Shown here: one piece after another, positions 63,028 through 64,000 of the stretch | Numbering within the stretch: the first letter of the stretch is position 1 | Layout: each line of letters starts with the position of its first letter | Source of the DNA: Deltaproteobacteria bacterium HGW-Deltaproteobacteria-12 | GTDB lineage: Bacteria > Desulfobacterota > Syntrophia > Syntrophales > Smithellaceae | Assembly (NCBI GenBank): GCA_002840565.1 | Contig: PHBK01000014.1 | Span: forward strand, 58,503 to 122,502 | DNA: 64,000 nt | Direction of reading: 5' to 3' | Program-made: the position numbers and the translations under genes | The notes under the pieces: generated by a model | The model's database searches: none | What the model saw: the letters and a program-made list of their open reading frames with translations, nothing else | What the model was told of the DNA's origin: nothing

Positions 63028-63164
63028 ATTAGTCCCGCATACGCGGGATAATTCGACTAACCAATTCCAACTCGTGACCTTTAGGTTATGCGCTGCGCTT
63101 GTGTAAAGGTGTCATTAATCCCGCGTCGCTGTGCTTGCGGGATAAATTCGACTAACCAATTCCA
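63028..63164. repeat. Imperfect direct repeat with internal hairpins
   Basis: ATTCGACTAACCAATTCCA is exact at 63051-63069 and 63146-63164, each preceded by a TCCCGC...GCGGGA hairpin. Confidence 0.8.
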
Positions 63165-63199
63165 CAGCGCTACGCTTCTGAAATTGGAGTCTCATTAAT

Positions 63200-63228
63200 G
63201 AAAAAGGCGCTTGGTTTAAGCGCCTTTC
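63200..63228 (-). terminator. Rho-independent terminator after rpmA
   Basis: Minus strand GAAAGGCGCTT-aaacc-AAGCGCCTTTTT. Confidence 0.75.
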
Positions 63229-63253
63229 GTAATCGTAATATTGTTGTAAAGTC

Positions 63254-63508
63254 TCAGGCTGCGTAAACGCTGACCTTTTTTCTGGTCTTATCGAGTCTTT
63301 CAAACTTTACTATCCCGTCAATCAAGGAAAAAAGAGTAAAATCTTTTCCCAGGCCGACATTGTTGCCCGGATGAATTTTTGTTCCCACCTGCCGCACGAT
63401 GATTGATCCTGCATGGATTTTTTCGCCGCCGAACACTTTAACGCCACGCCGTTGGGAATTGCTGTCTCTGCCGTTGCGAGAACTTCCCTGGCCTTTCTTA
63501 TGTGCCAT
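63254..63508 (-). CDS. rpmA: 50S ribosomal protein L27
   Basis: [16 protein letters not shown]. Confidence 0.99.
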   Translation of the reverse strand: MAHKKGQGSSRNGRDSNSQRRGVKVFGGEKIHAGSIIVRQVGTKIHPGNNVGLGKDFTLFSLIDGIVKFERLDKTRKKVSVYAA

Positions 63509-63520
63509 GACTTCCTCCGC

Positions 63521-63832
63521 TTACATTGAAATCTTTTTTATTTTCATGCTGGTTAATTGCTGGCGATGGCCGGTTTTCTTGTGAAAACCCTTGCGGCGCG
63601 TCATGTGGTAAACGTGGATCTTCGGACCCTTCTTTTGATTGACGATTTCACAGGTAACCGTGGCGCCTTCCACAAAAGGTTTGCCAACTTTAACGTTCTG
63701 ATCGTCGGCAACCATCAGGACTTCGTTAAAAACTACTTCCGCGCCTTTATCACCAACCAGTTTTTCTGTAGAGAAAACATCACCTTCGCTGACTTTGTGC
63801 TGTTTTCCGCCTGCTTTTATTACTGCATACAT
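63521..63832 (-). CDS. rplU: 50S ribosomal protein L21
   Basis: [11 protein letters not shown]...GHRQ. Confidence 0.99.
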   Translation of the reverse strand: MYAVIKAGGKQHKVSEGDVFSTEKLVGDKGAEVVFNEVLMVADDQNVKVGKPFVEGATVTCEIVNQKKGPKIHVYHMTRRKGFHKKTGHRQQLTSMKIKKISM

Positions 63833-64000
63833 ATGCTTATCCTTGTATTGGAATTAAGATCGAAGCTTATAGTTAATTTGTGACTGTTTGTCAATAAGAT
63901 TTAGCTTTTGTGTTAATGTTTTTTAATTATTACCCTGATCATGCATAAGTTATTGATATGGCGTTGATAATAACTTTAAGAAAGTAAGGTGAGCTTTTTA

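Noticed and set aside
63028-63164. CRISPR array
   Set aside because: Only two repeat units, atypical spacing and no cas genes.

Overview
Bacterial chromosomal segment. Gene content (N-ATPase, Methanosarcina-type SerC, hgcAB, a secreted beta-barrel family starting MKRFWLVLLSLGL, fatty acyl-CoA ligase) suggests an anaerobic Desulfobacterota, probably Syntrophales/Smithella-like; this is inference, not a database result. In order it holds a sigma54 two-component pair and hisC; a complete N-type ATPase operon (atpDCQRBEFAG, atpF frameshifted) behind a sigma54 promoter with tandem palindromic boxes; a decayed integrative element at tRNA-Lys carrying an enoyl-CoA hydratase; serC-serA-purA; and a MarR-hgcA-hgcB-methyltransferase mercury-methylation operon with a perfect operator palindrome. 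It continues with an ~11.5 kb catabolic cluster; a UGA-recoded (selenocysteine) DsbA/FrnE; msrB, radA, groESL and a helicase; an AT-rich patch (MITE, GIY-YIG gene inside palindromic repeats, decayed attC-like sites, split DUF2971); uvrB/uvrC, a cytoplasmic Mo-enzyme pair, lemA/M48, and rplU-rpmA-obgE-proB. The strongest candidate for an undescribed system is the catabolic cluster at 28131-39687. It combines an FLVCR-like MFS, FGGY kinase, non-HemL class III aminotransferase, form IV RuBisCO-like protein, PLC/P1-like hydrolase, Tat-exported D-aminoacylase-like enzyme, class II aldolase and porin, and a shared promoter motif ties these units together. Its chemistry points to degradation of an N-acylated amino-polyol (possibly a sphingoid base) to DHAP plus an aldehyde; the substrate is a hypothesis.
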